From an uncultured Gemmatimonadaceae bacterium (lineage in GTDB: Bacteria; Gemmatimonadota; Gemmatimonadetes; Gemmatimonadales; Gemmatimonadaceae): DNA of 64,000 nt. This document shows, in pieces, positions 21,546 through 31,570 of the stretch. Made by a program: the position numbers and the translations under genes. Positions within the stretch are counted from its first letter, which is position 1; every line of letters begins with the position of its first letter. The notes beneath the pieces were generated by a model, which was given only the letters and a program-made list of their open reading frames with translations, searched no databases and was not told the origin of the DNA. The stretch lies in assembly GCA_963829055.1 (NCBI GenBank), contig CAWHHI010000020.1, forward strand, positions 224,001-288,000. Direction: 5' to 3'.

Positions 21546-21707
21546 ATGAAACGCAAAGGACCGAGATCGGTTCCGGACTTCTCTCGCAAGCCGAAGGGCA
21601 AGCCGGACGCCGCGCAGGCAGACACCAACGCCCCGCCTCCCAAGCAGGTGGATCGAGTCGTGAAACCCACCACCAAGTCCGGCGGCGCCGGCCGACGCGG
21701 CGGCTGA
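21546..21707 (+). CDS. Small basic hypothetical protein (53 aa)
   Basis: MKRKGPRSVPDFSRKPK...KSGGAGRRGG; GC-rich third positions; directly upstream of the DinB gene. Confidence 0.5.
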   Translation: MKRKGPRSVPDFSRKPKGKPDAAQADTNAPPPKQVDRVVKPTTKSGGAGRRGG

Positions 21708-21740
21708 CCGCAACTGCACCCTCACTGCCCGGACACTGCG

Positions 21741-22229
21741 ATGAGCTTCGCCGAGTCGCTGCTCCCCGAGTTCGACATGGAGATGGCCAGCACACGCAAG
21801 GCGATCGAGCGTGTGCCATCGGACAAGGGCGCCTGGAAGCCCCACCCAAAATCCTTCTCGCTCGGCCACCTCACGCAGCTCGTCGCAACCATGCCGGGGT
21901 GGATCACGAACATGGCCACGCAACCCGAGCTGGATCTCGCCGCCGCACCGGGCTACAGCCTCCAAAGCACGGAGTCGCTCCTGGCGAGATTCGACAAGCT
22001 CGTCGCCGAAGCGCGCGCGGCGATCGCTGCGTTGAAGGACGCGGACGTCGCAACGCCGTGGTCCCTGAAGCACGGCGAGCGCGTGCTGATGACGTCACCG
22101 CGTGGCGCCACCATCCGGCAGACGATCAACCACCTCATCCACCACCGCGGTCAGCTCACGGTCTACCTGCGTCTGGTGGACGTCCCCGTGCCGTCGATCT
22201 ACGGGCCGACGGCCGACGAGCCATGGTGA
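21741..22229 (+). CDS. DinB family protein
   Basis: WKPHPKSFSLGHL, NHLIHHRGQLTVYLRL, VPSIYGPTADE. Confidence 0.92.
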   Translation: MSFAESLLPEFDMEMASTRKAIERVPSDKGAWKPHPKSFSLGHLTQLVATMPGWITNMATQPELDLAAAPGYSLQSTESLLARFDKLVAEARAAIAALKDADVATPWSLKHGERVLMTSPRGATIRQTINHLIHHRGQLTVYLRLVDVPVPSIYGPTADEPW

Positions 22230-22231
22230 GC

Positions 22232-22371
22232 TGTCATTCCGAGCGGGTTGTCATTCCGAGCGGAGCGTCAAGCGAGTCGAGGAATCGCGACCATCCGGGT
22301 AGAGAGGCCCCTCTACCAGTACGATCCCGATTCCTCGACTCCGCGCCTCCGGCGCTCCGCTCGGAATGACA
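22232..22371. repeat. Family B copy 5
   Basis: Arms plus GTAGAGAGGCCCCTCTAC; between convergent genes. Confidence 0.9.
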
Positions 22372-22373
22372 AG

Positions 22374-24815
22374 CTACTCCCGCCGCAGCGCCTCCAGCGG
22401 ATCGACGCCGGACGCCCGTCTCGCCGGTAGCCAGCTCGCGAGCGCCGCAACGGCCGTGAGCAGCAGCGGGACGCCGATGAACGTCACCGGATCCACCACG
22501 CTCGATCCGTAGAGAATCCCCCGCAGCAGGCGGCTCGCCCCGAGCGCGCCACCAATCCCGATCGCGGCGCCGATGACCACGAGCGAGAGCCCCTGCTTCA
22601 TGATCATGCCGACGACGTCCGCCGACGCGGCACCGATCGCCATACGAATCCCGATCTCGCGCCGACGCTGACTCACGGTGTACGCCATCACGCCGTACAT
22701 CCCGACGCTCGCCAGTACGAGACCGAGGAGACCGAACACACCGAGTGCCGCACCAGCCAGGCGTGCCGGCATCAGGGCAAGGCCGAGATGCTTGGACATC
22801 GTGCGCACGCTGCTCACCGGCAGCGTCTCATCGAACGCCGTGACGGCCGCACGAAGTGCCGGCGCGACCGCTTCCGGATCGCCGGTAGTGCGAATGACGA
22901 TGTCCATCGCTTCGCTCCAGTGCTGCGCCTGGGCGACGTAGTAGAACGGTGTCGGTGGCTCACCGAGCCGCTGGTACTTGCCGGTGGGCACCACGCCAAT
23001 GACGGTGTGATCCCGTCCTGCATAGCGGACTGTCCGGCCAATGGGACTCGTGCCCGGCCAGTACTTCCTGGCCATCTGCTCGTTCACGACCATCACGCGA
23101 ACCGAAGCGCTGTCGTCCTGCTCGGTGAAGCCGCGCCCCTGTTTGAACTGGATGCCCATCGCCTCGAAGTACCCGGGCGTCACCTGCGTGCGCTGCAGCG
23201 ACATGTTCTCGTTCTTCGCCGGCGTGTATCCCGCGATCTCGACGTAGGAGTCGCTCTCGTTCAGGCCTAATGGGACGATCGCCGTGTAGCCGACGGCCTT
23301 CACGTTCGGCAGCGCCGTCAGTTTCTCACGCAACCGGCGATAGAGCTCCTCACTGCGCGCTCGGTCATAGCCCTGGAGGCCCGGCGCCAGGTTGGCCATC
23401 AGGAGGTTGTCGCTGACGAACCCCTTGTCGACCGTCGTGGCGTTCTGAAGGTCGCGCAGGAAGAGTCCCGCGCTCACGAGCAGCACGATCGAAAGCGCCA
23501 TCTGCGCCACGACCAGCCCCTTGCTCGCGCGCGAGCGCGATTGTCCGGCCGGCGCTTCGCCCTTGAGCGCCGGAATCAATGAAGGACGCGTCGCCTGCAG
23601 TGCCGGCGCGAGTCCGAACAGCAGCCCGGTGATCAGCGACACGCCGAAGGCGAAGGCGACCACCAATGGACTCAGGTGGAGATCGGCGCTGAAGTCCACG
23701 TCCATCGGAATCTGGATCTTGTTGGCGAGGCCGATGACCCACCACGCGAGCGCGATGCCGACGAGTCCCGACGCGCCGGCGAAGAGCAGGCTCTCCGTCA
23801 GCAGCTGCTGCACGAGACGCCCGCGTCGCGCGCCAAGGCTGATTCGGATCGCCATCTCCCGCGCGCGGTCGCGCGCTCGGGCCAGAAAGAGATTCGCCAC
23901 GTTCACGCACGCGATGAGCAGCAGCATGCCGACGACCGCCATGACGACCGACGAGAGTGCGACCTGCGCGCTCTTGAAGGAGGGATGAATCCCCGCCTCG
24001 GACTGCAGCACGAGGTTGATGCCGCTATCGTCGTAGTCCTTGGGATGCTCGGTTCGCAGGCCCGCGATCAGCGCCTTCATGTGCTCGTTCGCCTGCGGCA
24101 CAGTCACGCCGGGCTTGAGGCGCGCGACGATGCTGAACGAGTTGTCGCCACGACTGGTGTACGCCTCACGGTCGCCGGGGATGATGTCGTCGAACTGCGT
24201 GAGCGGGACCCAGAGCGCCGGAATGACCAGCGGTACCGTGCCTCGGAATCCCGCTGGCGTGACGCCGACGATCTGATAGCTGCGGCCGTTCAGGACGAGC
24301 GACTTGCCGACGATTCCGGAGTCCCCGCCGAATGCGTTCTTCCACGTGGACCAGCTGAGCACCGCCACGGGATGCGCGCCACGTCCGCTATCCTCGGCCG
24401 GCACGAACGTGCGACCCAGTGCCGCGTTCACGCCGAGTACCGAGAAGTGATTCGCGCTGGCCATGACCCCGAGCACGCGCTGGTTCCGGCCCCCCGCGGT
24501 GAGGTTCATGCTCTCGAAGCTCCACAGCGACACTCCCGAGAACGTGTCGCCGGACCGGTCGCGCACATCCTGGAAATGCGGGACCGAGTTGGACCCGTAC
24601 AGCATGTCACCGCGGTAGGTGCGGTAGAGCTGAACCAGCTCGTCCGGGGCGCGCGTGCCCGGCAGGGGCCGCAGCAGCAGTCCGTCGATGACGGAGAAGA
24701 CGGCGGTGTTGAGGCCTATCCCGAGCGCGAGCGTCACGACGACGACGCCCGTGAAGACGGGATTCTTGACCAACAGACGGACCGCGTAGCGGAGGTCTTC
24801 GAGCAGCGTGTGCAT
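22374..24815 (-). CDS. ADOP-type duplicated MacB/FtsX ABC permease
   Basis: DLRYAVRLLVKNPVF, TLALGIGLNTAVFS, LLIACVNVANL, REMAIRISLGA, RRREIGIRMAIGA, PARRASGVDP. Confidence 0.93.
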   Translation of the reverse strand: MHTLLEDLRYAVRLLVKNPVFTGVVVVTLALGIGLNTAVFSVIDGLLLRPLPGTRAPDELVQLYRTYRGDMLYGSNSVPHFQDVRDRSGDTFSGVSLWSFESMNLTAGGRNQRVLGVMASANHFSVLGVNAALGRTFVPAEDSGRGAHPVAVLSWSTWKNAFGGDSGIVGKSLVLNGRSYQIVGVTPAGFRGTVPLVIPALWVPLTQFDDIIPGDREAYTSRGDNSFSIVARLKPGVTVPQANEHMKALIAGLRTEHPKDYDDSGINLVLQSEAGIHPSFKSAQVALSSVVMAVVGMLLLIACVNVANLFLARARDRAREMAIRISLGARRGRLVQQLLTESLLFAGASGLVGIALAWWVIGLANKIQIPMDVDFSADLHLSPLVVAFAFGVSLITGLLFGLAPALQATRPSLIPALKGEAPAGQSRSRASKGLVVAQMALSIVLLVSAGLFLRDLQNATTVDKGFVSDNLLMANLAPGLQGYDRARSEELYRRLREKLTALPNVKAVGYTAIVPLGLNESDSYVEIAGYTPAKNENMSLQRTQVTPGYFEAMGIQFKQGRGFTEQDDSASVRVMVVNEQMARKYWPGTSPIGRTVRYAGRDHTVIGVVPTGKYQRLGEPPTPFYYVAQAQHWSEAMDIVIRTTGDPEAVAPALRAAVTAFDETLPVSSVRTMSKHLGLALMPARLAGAALGVFGLLGLVLASVGMYGVMAYTVSQRRREIGIRMAIGAASADVVGMIMKQGLSLVVIGAAIGIGGALGASRLLRGILYGSSVVDPVTFIGVPLLLTAVAALASWLPARRASGVDPLEALRRE

Positions 24816-24896
24816 GTACCGCCTGCCTGGGACGAATCGTAGTCGGGAAACTCTGGGTGGTCTCCCTACTGCTCGGCCGGCGATCTGGTTTCTGCA

Positions 24897-25035
24897 GTCA
24901 TTCCGAGCGGAGCGAAGCGAGTCGAGGAATCGCGATCGTGATAGGTAGAGGGGGCCCTCTACCCGTATGATCGCGATTCCTCGACTCCGGCCTTCGGCCT
25001 TCGCTCGGAATGACAGCCGCTCGCTCGGAATGACA
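24897..25035. repeat. Family B copy 6
   Basis: Arms plus GTAGAGGGGGCCCTCTAC; doubled right arm. Confidence 0.9.
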
Positions 25036-25039
25036 GCCG

Positions 25040-27091
25040 CTACGGGACGACCTTCCGTGGATCGATGCGCACGATCCACAGGCCCGTGACCATGTCGTTG
25101 ACGTACGCCATGCCGTTCTTCACCACCACGCCCCACGTCATTGTCTTGTTAGGCACCACGCCCACCGTATCGGCGGGCAGCATCTCGACGATCGTGCGAC
25201 CCTGCGCCTTGAGGTCGCCGCGCAGCTCGCCCGAGATGTCGAACGCGTGGAAGCCGCCGTTGTACGCGCCCATGTACAGCGTGTCGCCGGCGGTCCAGAC
25301 GTTATGCACGCCGCCGTACTCCGGCTCGTACCACGCCACGGACTTCGGGTGCTCGATGTCGCTCACGTCGATCACCTGCAGGCGTCCGTACGCGCGGATC
25401 GACGAGACATCCCACGTGCCCGTCGGCGCGAAGGGCGGAAACACCTCGTCCGAGATGAAGACGTAGTTCTTGTGACGCCACGCCGTGTGCGTGCCGCTGA
25501 TGAACCCCGGCCCGTAGTCCGCCGTCGCGCCCGGATACAGCGCCTCGGCGTTGTACTTGTAGTTGCTGATGAGTTTCGGCTCCGTCGGGGTCCCGCCTTT
25601 CATCCCGTTCCCGACATCGAGGATCACGAGCCCATCGCTCCAGTACGCGATGTAGGCGATACCGTCCTTCACGTCGATGTCGTGCAGCGCTCGCCCGGCC
25701 CGCGTCTCCTTCGTCTGCCACGTCGCCACGCGCTTCGGCTTGAGCGGGTCGTTGATATCGATGATGTCGAGCGAGCCGGTGCCGCTATTCGTGAGATACA
25801 CGAACGTGCCGTACTTGGCCTGCGTGTTCACGAACGCCGAGTGCACGCCGGCGGTGACGCCGTCGGTGAATTCCGCGACCGCTTTCGGGTGGGCCGGGTC
25901 GGCCGTCGACGCGATGACGATGCCGTTCTTCCGATCGGCCGCGCCCTCGCGCGTGAACACCATCCACTTGCCGTCCTCGGTCGTCATGAGGTCGTTCATC
26001 GACCGCGAGTTCGCCATGATCGAGTCGGTGATCACCGGGTTCGCCGGGTTGCTGACATCGATCGCATAGATGCGGTCCCCGCCTAACGTGGTGCCGAGGT
26101 AGAGGTGTTTTCCGTCGGGGTGGGCCCACACCTCGCTGGTGTAGAACGCACTGCGTGGCAGACGACCCATGACCGTGGCCGTACGGCGCACGTCGCGCGC
26201 GCCTAACGTCACGGTCGCGTCGACGGTCTGTGCGCCAAGCGATGCCGTGACGACGTACGTGCCGGCCACGTTGCCGACGAACGCGCCGCTCTCATCGATC
26301 GTGCCCTGACCCGGGGAGAAGCTCCACGCCGGCGTTAGGCCCGCGAGCGTCTGACCGCGCGCGTCCTTGACGGTGAGCGCGAATCGCACGACGTCGCCCT
26401 GGCGGGCACGCGTGCGCTCGGGCGTGATCGATGCCGTCACGCCGCTGGACGGAATCACGGTGAGCGGGATTGTCGCGGTCGCCCGGGTACCCGTTCCGGC
26501 ACGCGCCGTGATGGCGGTCGTGCCCGCCCCGACCGCGACGACGACACCGTCCGTGACACGCGCGACGCTCGGATTCGCGCTCGTCCACGCGATCGCGTCG
26601 TCGCGCGCGTCCCCTGCGGCCGAGAGTGCGGTCGCGGCAAGCCGAAGGCGCTGACCGACCAGCATCTTCGATACGGCTGGCGTCACGACAACGCGCGCGG
26701 CCGGACCGGGCGTGATATGCACCTCGATCTTCTCGACGATCGGACGACCGCCGGGCACGAGCGCCGACACGGCGACGGGCACGGTTCCGGGCGAGCCGGC
26801 TCGTACCCAGCCTAACGAATCGACCGCGCCCTGGAAGCGTCCGCCCTGCGCGTTGAAGCGCACGATCGCCCCCGGCACGACGTTGCCGCGCGTGTCCAGC
26901 GCCTGCACCACGAGCTGGAGTGAGTCGCCGACCGCGATAGTCCGGACCGCCGGCGTGATGCGGACGCGCTCGACGGCCGCACCTGGCGTTTGCGCGGAGA
27001 GAATCGCCGGCGCCGCCAATCGAACAAGCAACGCAGTGACGGCACTCGGGCCGGAGAGCCTGGAAAGCCGAAGCATGATCGTTGGGGTCAT
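25040..27091 (-). CDS. Secreted Ig-like domain plus LVIVD-repeat protein
   Basis: WTSANPSVARV (Ig-like); YAIDVSNPANP, LDIIDINDP, GLVILDV, LQVIDVSD repeats; several conserved-looking His (GVHS, LHD, GTH, GVHN). Confidence 0.82.
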   Translation of the reverse strand: MTPTIMLRLSRLSGPSAVTALLVRLAAPAILSAQTPGAAVERVRITPAVRTIAVGDSLQLVVQALDTRGNVVPGAIVRFNAQGGRFQGAVDSLGWVRAGSPGTVPVAVSALVPGGRPIVEKIEVHITPGPAARVVVTPAVSKMLVGQRLRLAATALSAAGDARDDAIAWTSANPSVARVTDGVVVAVGAGTTAITARAGTGTRATATIPLTVIPSSGVTASITPERTRARQGDVVRFALTVKDARGQTLAGLTPAWSFSPGQGTIDESGAFVGNVAGTYVVTASLGAQTVDATVTLGARDVRRTATVMGRLPRSAFYTSEVWAHPDGKHLYLGTTLGGDRIYAIDVSNPANPVITDSIMANSRSMNDLMTTEDGKWMVFTREGAADRKNGIVIASTADPAHPKAVAEFTDGVTAGVHSAFVNTQAKYGTFVYLTNSGTGSLDIIDINDPLKPKRVATWQTKETRAGRALHDIDVKDGIAYIAYWSDGLVILDVGNGMKGGTPTEPKLISNYKYNAEALYPGATADYGPGFISGTHTAWRHKNYVFISDEVFPPFAPTGTWDVSSIRAYGRLQVIDVSDIEHPKSVAWYEPEYGGVHNVWTAGDTLYMGAYNGGFHAFDISGELRGDLKAQGRTIVEMLPADTVGVVPNKTMTWGVVVKNGMAYVNDMVTGLWIVRIDPRKVVP

Positions 27092-27096
27092 CGCGA

Positions 27097-28084
27097 CTAC
27101 CGCAGAGTAGAGCTGTCGGCAGAACGCCCAGCCGCCTTCCGCCCGATGTCGACTGCCTTGAAGCCGGCCTCGCCCCAGTTGATGACGAAGACGCTGAAGC
27201 CCTGCTGCATGCGCGCTTCGATGTCCGTGGCCGTTGCCGGGTAGCCGCACGCGACGTTGAACTCCTTGCACGCCGCGAGCACCTGCTGGATCGCGGCCTC
27301 CCACCCTTTCTCGTCGAACACGCGCTGCCCGTTCGCGTCGGTCGCAGTGAACACCCCGCGTAGCGTGCCGGCTCCCGGGAACAACACGCCGATCCCCTTC
27401 ACCGCCGCGATCTCCCTGACGCGAGCGAGTCCGGCCTTGCTCTCGACGATGGTGAAGTTGACGAGCTCACCCTTCGGGTCGAGCGGCCAGACGTCGGCCT
27501 TCTCCTTGTACTCCTTCTCGCTCATGCCCCAGTAGGCTGGCGCGCTACCGACGTTGTCGGAGCGCGTGCCGCCCTTCGACTTGAAGCGCATGGCGGCAAG
27601 CCCGGTCTTCACTTCCTCGGGGCTCTCGACGCCGACGAACACCACACCGCTCACGCCGAGGTCGAGCTGCTTGCCGATGTCCGCGACTGCCTTTGCGGGG
27701 TCGGGCGCGATCTCGTGCATCTTCACGAAGAGCGGATGATGGAAGCGCGCCGCCGCCCCCTTCGCGACCATGCCGCCCTCGGCGATCCCCTTCGCGAATT
27801 CGGCGTACGCGGGATAGGCGCGATCGAAGTCGCCTTCCATGCTGCCATCGAAGAGATAGTCGGCGGTCGTGTAGCCTAACGCGTCCTTGGCCAGCTCGGA
27901 CTGCGACTTCGGCTTCACGGTGTCGGCCGTCGTCGCGGCACCCGGGCGGGCACGCGGATTCCGCGGGCCATACACGCCGAACACGGGCTTCTTGCTGGGC
28001 GAGGAGATCGACGACCGGATTCAAATGACGCAGCGACTGCAGGAGCACCACGCACGCTACCGACACCGCACGCCATCGTGACAT
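27097..28084 (-). CDS. HpcH/HpaI aldolase/citrate-lyase fold protein; frameshift near 27990
   Basis: LDLGVSGVVF..VESPEEV..AMRF, YWG..Y..KADVWPLDPKGEL..IVESKAGL..EIAAVKGI..ACKEFNVACG. Confidence 0.75.
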
Positions 28085-28230
28085 GCACGCCGACTCGCAT
28101 AGACTCAATCCCTGGGCGAAAGACGTAAGGCGCGGTCAGTGCGCGGGTTCGTCGGAGCCAAGTATCTCGTCACAGACTCGGCGGCCGTCGGCCAGACCCG
28201 CGGCCGCCACGGATCCGCGGCAGCATGGCG

Positions 28231-28282
28231 CAGTCACTCAGTACCGAGGTACTCAGTCGTCGAGTCATCAGTCATCAGTCGG
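28231..28282. repeat. Heptamer-like tandem repeats (CAGTCAT/CAGTCAC) upstream of the four-helix-bundle gene
   Basis: CAGTCACT CAGTACC GAGGTACT CAGTCGT CGAGTCAT CAGTCAT CAGTC; degenerate. Confidence 0.55.
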
Positions 28283-28393
28283 AGTCTGTCGGTTGGTAGT
28301 ACGATCTCGTCGGACCAGCGAGCCTGTTCGGTACATGTACGGGCCGATTGTATCGACGGGCGACTGGACGAGCATCGGACGCATGTTGGTCGT

Positions 28394-28845
28394 ATGCAAG
28401 ATTTCCGGCGGTTATCGTCTGGAGACGCGCGCACGTTTTCGCGATCGACGTACGACAGCGTGACGAAGACATTCCCGCGCACAGGCTACTCGCGATCTCA
28501 AGTCGCAGCTGCGCCGCGCGGCGGAGTCGATCGCAAGCAATATCGTCGAGGGTTGGCGCGGCGACACGAAAGGAATTCGCGCGTTTCCTCGACATCAGCA
28601 TCAAGTCGACTTCGGAGGTCGACTACCAACTCGAGCTTGCGCGAGACTACGGCGTTCTCCCGTATCATGCTTGGAAGCCACTGCCGTCGGAGGTCGTGCA
28701 GATAAGGAAGATGCTCTTCGCCCTGCGACGCGCGGTTCTCGCGGCTGACCAGGCGGCTCACTCGACCGGCCGCCGCACGCCGAACCACCCGATCCACCCG
28801 ATTCAGAGACCGCAGCCGCCGAAACCCGGAGTCCCTAGGAACTGA
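28394..28845 (+). CDS. Four-helix-bundle protein (23S rRNA IVP / bAvd-like family); several frameshifts
   Basis: Reconstructed across frames: MQDFRRL.VWRRAH..VTKTFP..LKSQLRRAAESIASNIVEG..KEFARFLDISIKSTSEVDYQLELARDYG. Confidence 0.85.
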
Positions 28846-28880
28846 AACCTGATGACTGGCAACTAAGCACTGACGACTTG
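28841..28880. repeat. Inverted heptamer-like repeats downstream of the four-helix-bundle gene
   Basis: ACTGAAA CCTGATG ACTGGCA ACTAAGC ACTGACG ACT; includes CTGATGACTG, the reverse complement of CAGTCATCAG in the left tract. Confidence 0.55.
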
Positions 28881-29039
28881 TTACCGACCGGACGGTTCGC
28901 GATGCCAGCCCTCTCAGGTCTCCAGCCCAAACCCAGCCTCCGTCCGTAGCAGCCACCAGCCTTGCTGCCCCAACGGCTCGTCCCCACTATACGTAGTTAG
29001 GCAGCACCCCCCCCGCCTGGCTCTATTCGGAGGACCGGC

Positions 29040-31546
29040 ATGAAGTCAGTGTTTGCCGCCGCGGCATCGAGCGCAGTGCTCGTCGTCGCGGGTTCTACTG
29101 TCTACTTCGGTCCTCGCCCGATCGAGGCGGCCCGCCTCCCGAGCTACGGGCATGCTCCCCTCCCCAAACGCGCGCCCGCTGTCTCCAACGAAGCCCTAAC
29201 AGCTGTCGTCAGAGGCACTTGCGGCACCTGCCACAGCGAAAAGACGCGCTCCGGCAATCTCGTCCTCGCCACGTTCGACGTCGCCAACGCCGCGTCGACG
29301 CCCGAGACGGCCGAGAAGATGATCGCCAAGCTGCGCGCCGGGATGATGCCGCCGCCCGGGCGCAGACGACCCGGCGGCGACACCCTCGTCGCGCTCGCTG
29401 ACGACGCTCGAGCGGCTCGTCGACCACGCCGCCGCGGCGAAGCCCGAACCCGGCGCGCGCACCTTCCAGCGCCTGAATCGCGCCGAGTACGAGCGCTCCG
29501 ATCAAGCGACCTGCTCGACGCTCGACGTCGACGCCGGCAAGTGGCTGCCGCTCGACACGAAGAGCGCGAACTTCGACAACATCGCCGACGTGCAGACTGC
29601 CGTCGGCCACGCTGCTCGACGCCTACCTCGACGCCGCGAGCGAGATCAGCCGCCTCGCGGTCGGCGACCCGAAGGCCAGCGTCACGTCCGCGACCTACAA
29701 GCTGCCGCGCCTCGCCTCGCAGATGGACCAGGTCGAAGGCGCGCCGATCGGCACGCGCGGCGGCATCGCCGTCACGCACAACTTCCCGGCCGACGGCGAG
29801 TACGTCTTCGCGGTCGTCGCTGCACGCGATCCCGACCGGCCAGCTCTTCGGCTCGACGCTCCGTTCGACGAGAAGATCGAGGTCTCGGTCAACGGCGAGC
29901 GCGTCGCGCTGCTCGACATCGATCGCTGGATGTCGCAGGCCGACCCGAACGGCCTGGAGATCAAGACGAACCCGATTCCGGTCCGCGCCGGGCCGCAGCG
30001 CGTCACCGCGGCGTTCCTCACGACGTTCGACGGCCCGGTCAACGACCTGATCGCGCCGATCGGCCACAGCATCGCCGACACGCAGATCGGATCGCAGATC
30101 GGGCATCACGAGCATGCCCGCACCTGCAGGACTTCACCGTCACGCGGGCCGTACAACCCGACCGGCGTGTCCGAGACGCCGAGCCGGCAGTCGCATCTTC
30201 ACGCTGTCGCCCGACGCACGCCGACGAAGCGCGCCCCTGCGCCGAGAAGATCGTCACCCGACCTCGGCGGCGAGGCCTATCGCCGGCCGCTGACGCCGAG
30301 CGACGTGAAGGCGCTCATGGCGTTCTACGATGAAGGCGCTACGCGAGGGCGGATTCGAGCTCGGGATTCGCACGGCGCTCGAGGCGATCCTGGCGAGCCC
30401 GCACTTCGTCTTCCGCATGGAGGACACGCCGCGCGGCGCCAAGCCCGGCGACGCGCGTATGCGATCGGCGAGCTCGACCTCGCCTCGCGGCTCTCGTTCT
30501 TCCTCTGGGGCGAGCCGCCCGACGATCGCTGATCGCGGTCGCAAAGCAGCGGACGCGCTGTCGCACTCCGACGGTGCTCAAGGCGCAGACGCAGCGCATG
30601 CTCGCCGATCCGCGCTCCGAGGCGCTGGCGACGCGCTTCGCCGCGCAGTGGCTCCGGCTTCAGGACATCGAGAAGGTCCACCCGGACGCGCTCCAGTACC
30701 CGGACTTCCACAAGCAGCTCGCCGACGACATGCAGCGCGAGACGGAGCTGTTCTTCTACTCAGCTCGTCCGCGAGAACCGCAGCATGCTCGATCTGTACA
30801 CGGCCGACTACACGTACGTCAACGAGACCGCTCGCGAAGCACTACGGCATTCCGGGCGTCACCGGCGACGAGTTCCGCCGCGTGCGCTATCCGGACGACC
30901 GGCGCCGCGGCCTGCTCGGCCAGGCGAGCGTGCTGACGCTGACGTCGCACGCGAACCGCACGTCGCCGGTGCTGCGCGGCAAGTGGGTGATGGAAGTGCT
31001 TGCTCGGCTCGCCGCCGCCACCGCCGCCGCCGGACGTGCCCGATCTCGAGCAAGACCGGCGAGGCGAAGGAAGGCCGCATGCTCACGACGCGCGAGCGGA
31101 TGGAGATGCATCGCGTCGAACCCGCAGTGCCGCTCGTGTCACCAGTTCATGGATCCGATCGGTCTCGCGCTCGACAACTTCGACGTGACCGGACAGTGGC
31201 GCATTCGCGAGAACGGCGCGGCGCTCGACACGCGCGGGCAGCTTCTACGACGGCACGCCGGTCTCGAATCTCGGCCGAGCTGCAGCGCGGCGCTGCTCAA
31301 GCGCCCGACGCCGCTGATCCGCACGTTCACGCGAACCTGATGGCGTACGCGCTCGGCCGTCGCATCGAGTACTACGACAGCCCGATCGATCCGCCACATC
31401 GCGAACGACGCGGCCGCCGAGCGGCTACACAGTGCAGCGACTTCATGCTCGGCGTCGTGACGAGCGACGCGTTCCGGGCGAGGCGCGTACCCGCGGCCGC
31501 GGCCGACGTCGGCAGATCGACGACACTGACCAGCTCGAAACCCTAA
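29040..31546 (+). CDS. Cytochrome c-like DUF1587/DUF1595/DUF1592/DUF1588/DUF1585 protein; heavily frameshifted
   Basis: CGTCH and CRSCH heme motifs, KLRAGMMPP, RLNRAEY, AYRRP, ILASPHFVFR, LASRLSFFLW, FAAQWL, RTSPVLRGKWVM, ALDNFD, MAYALGR. Confidence 0.88.
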
Positions 31547-31570
31547 CGACGTACGCGGAGATTCTGGTCC

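Noticed and set aside
24816..25136. N-terminal extension of the ADOP permease ORF
   Set aside because: It is translated family B repeat (VIPSER.., RFLDSLRSARND); the family-typical start is at 24815.
28394..28845. Diversity-generating retroelement (Avd-like gene; 176-bp duplication at 51.9 kb as TR/VR)
   Set aside because: No reverse transcriptase in the window, the duplication is 23 kb away, and its differences are not adenine-specific.
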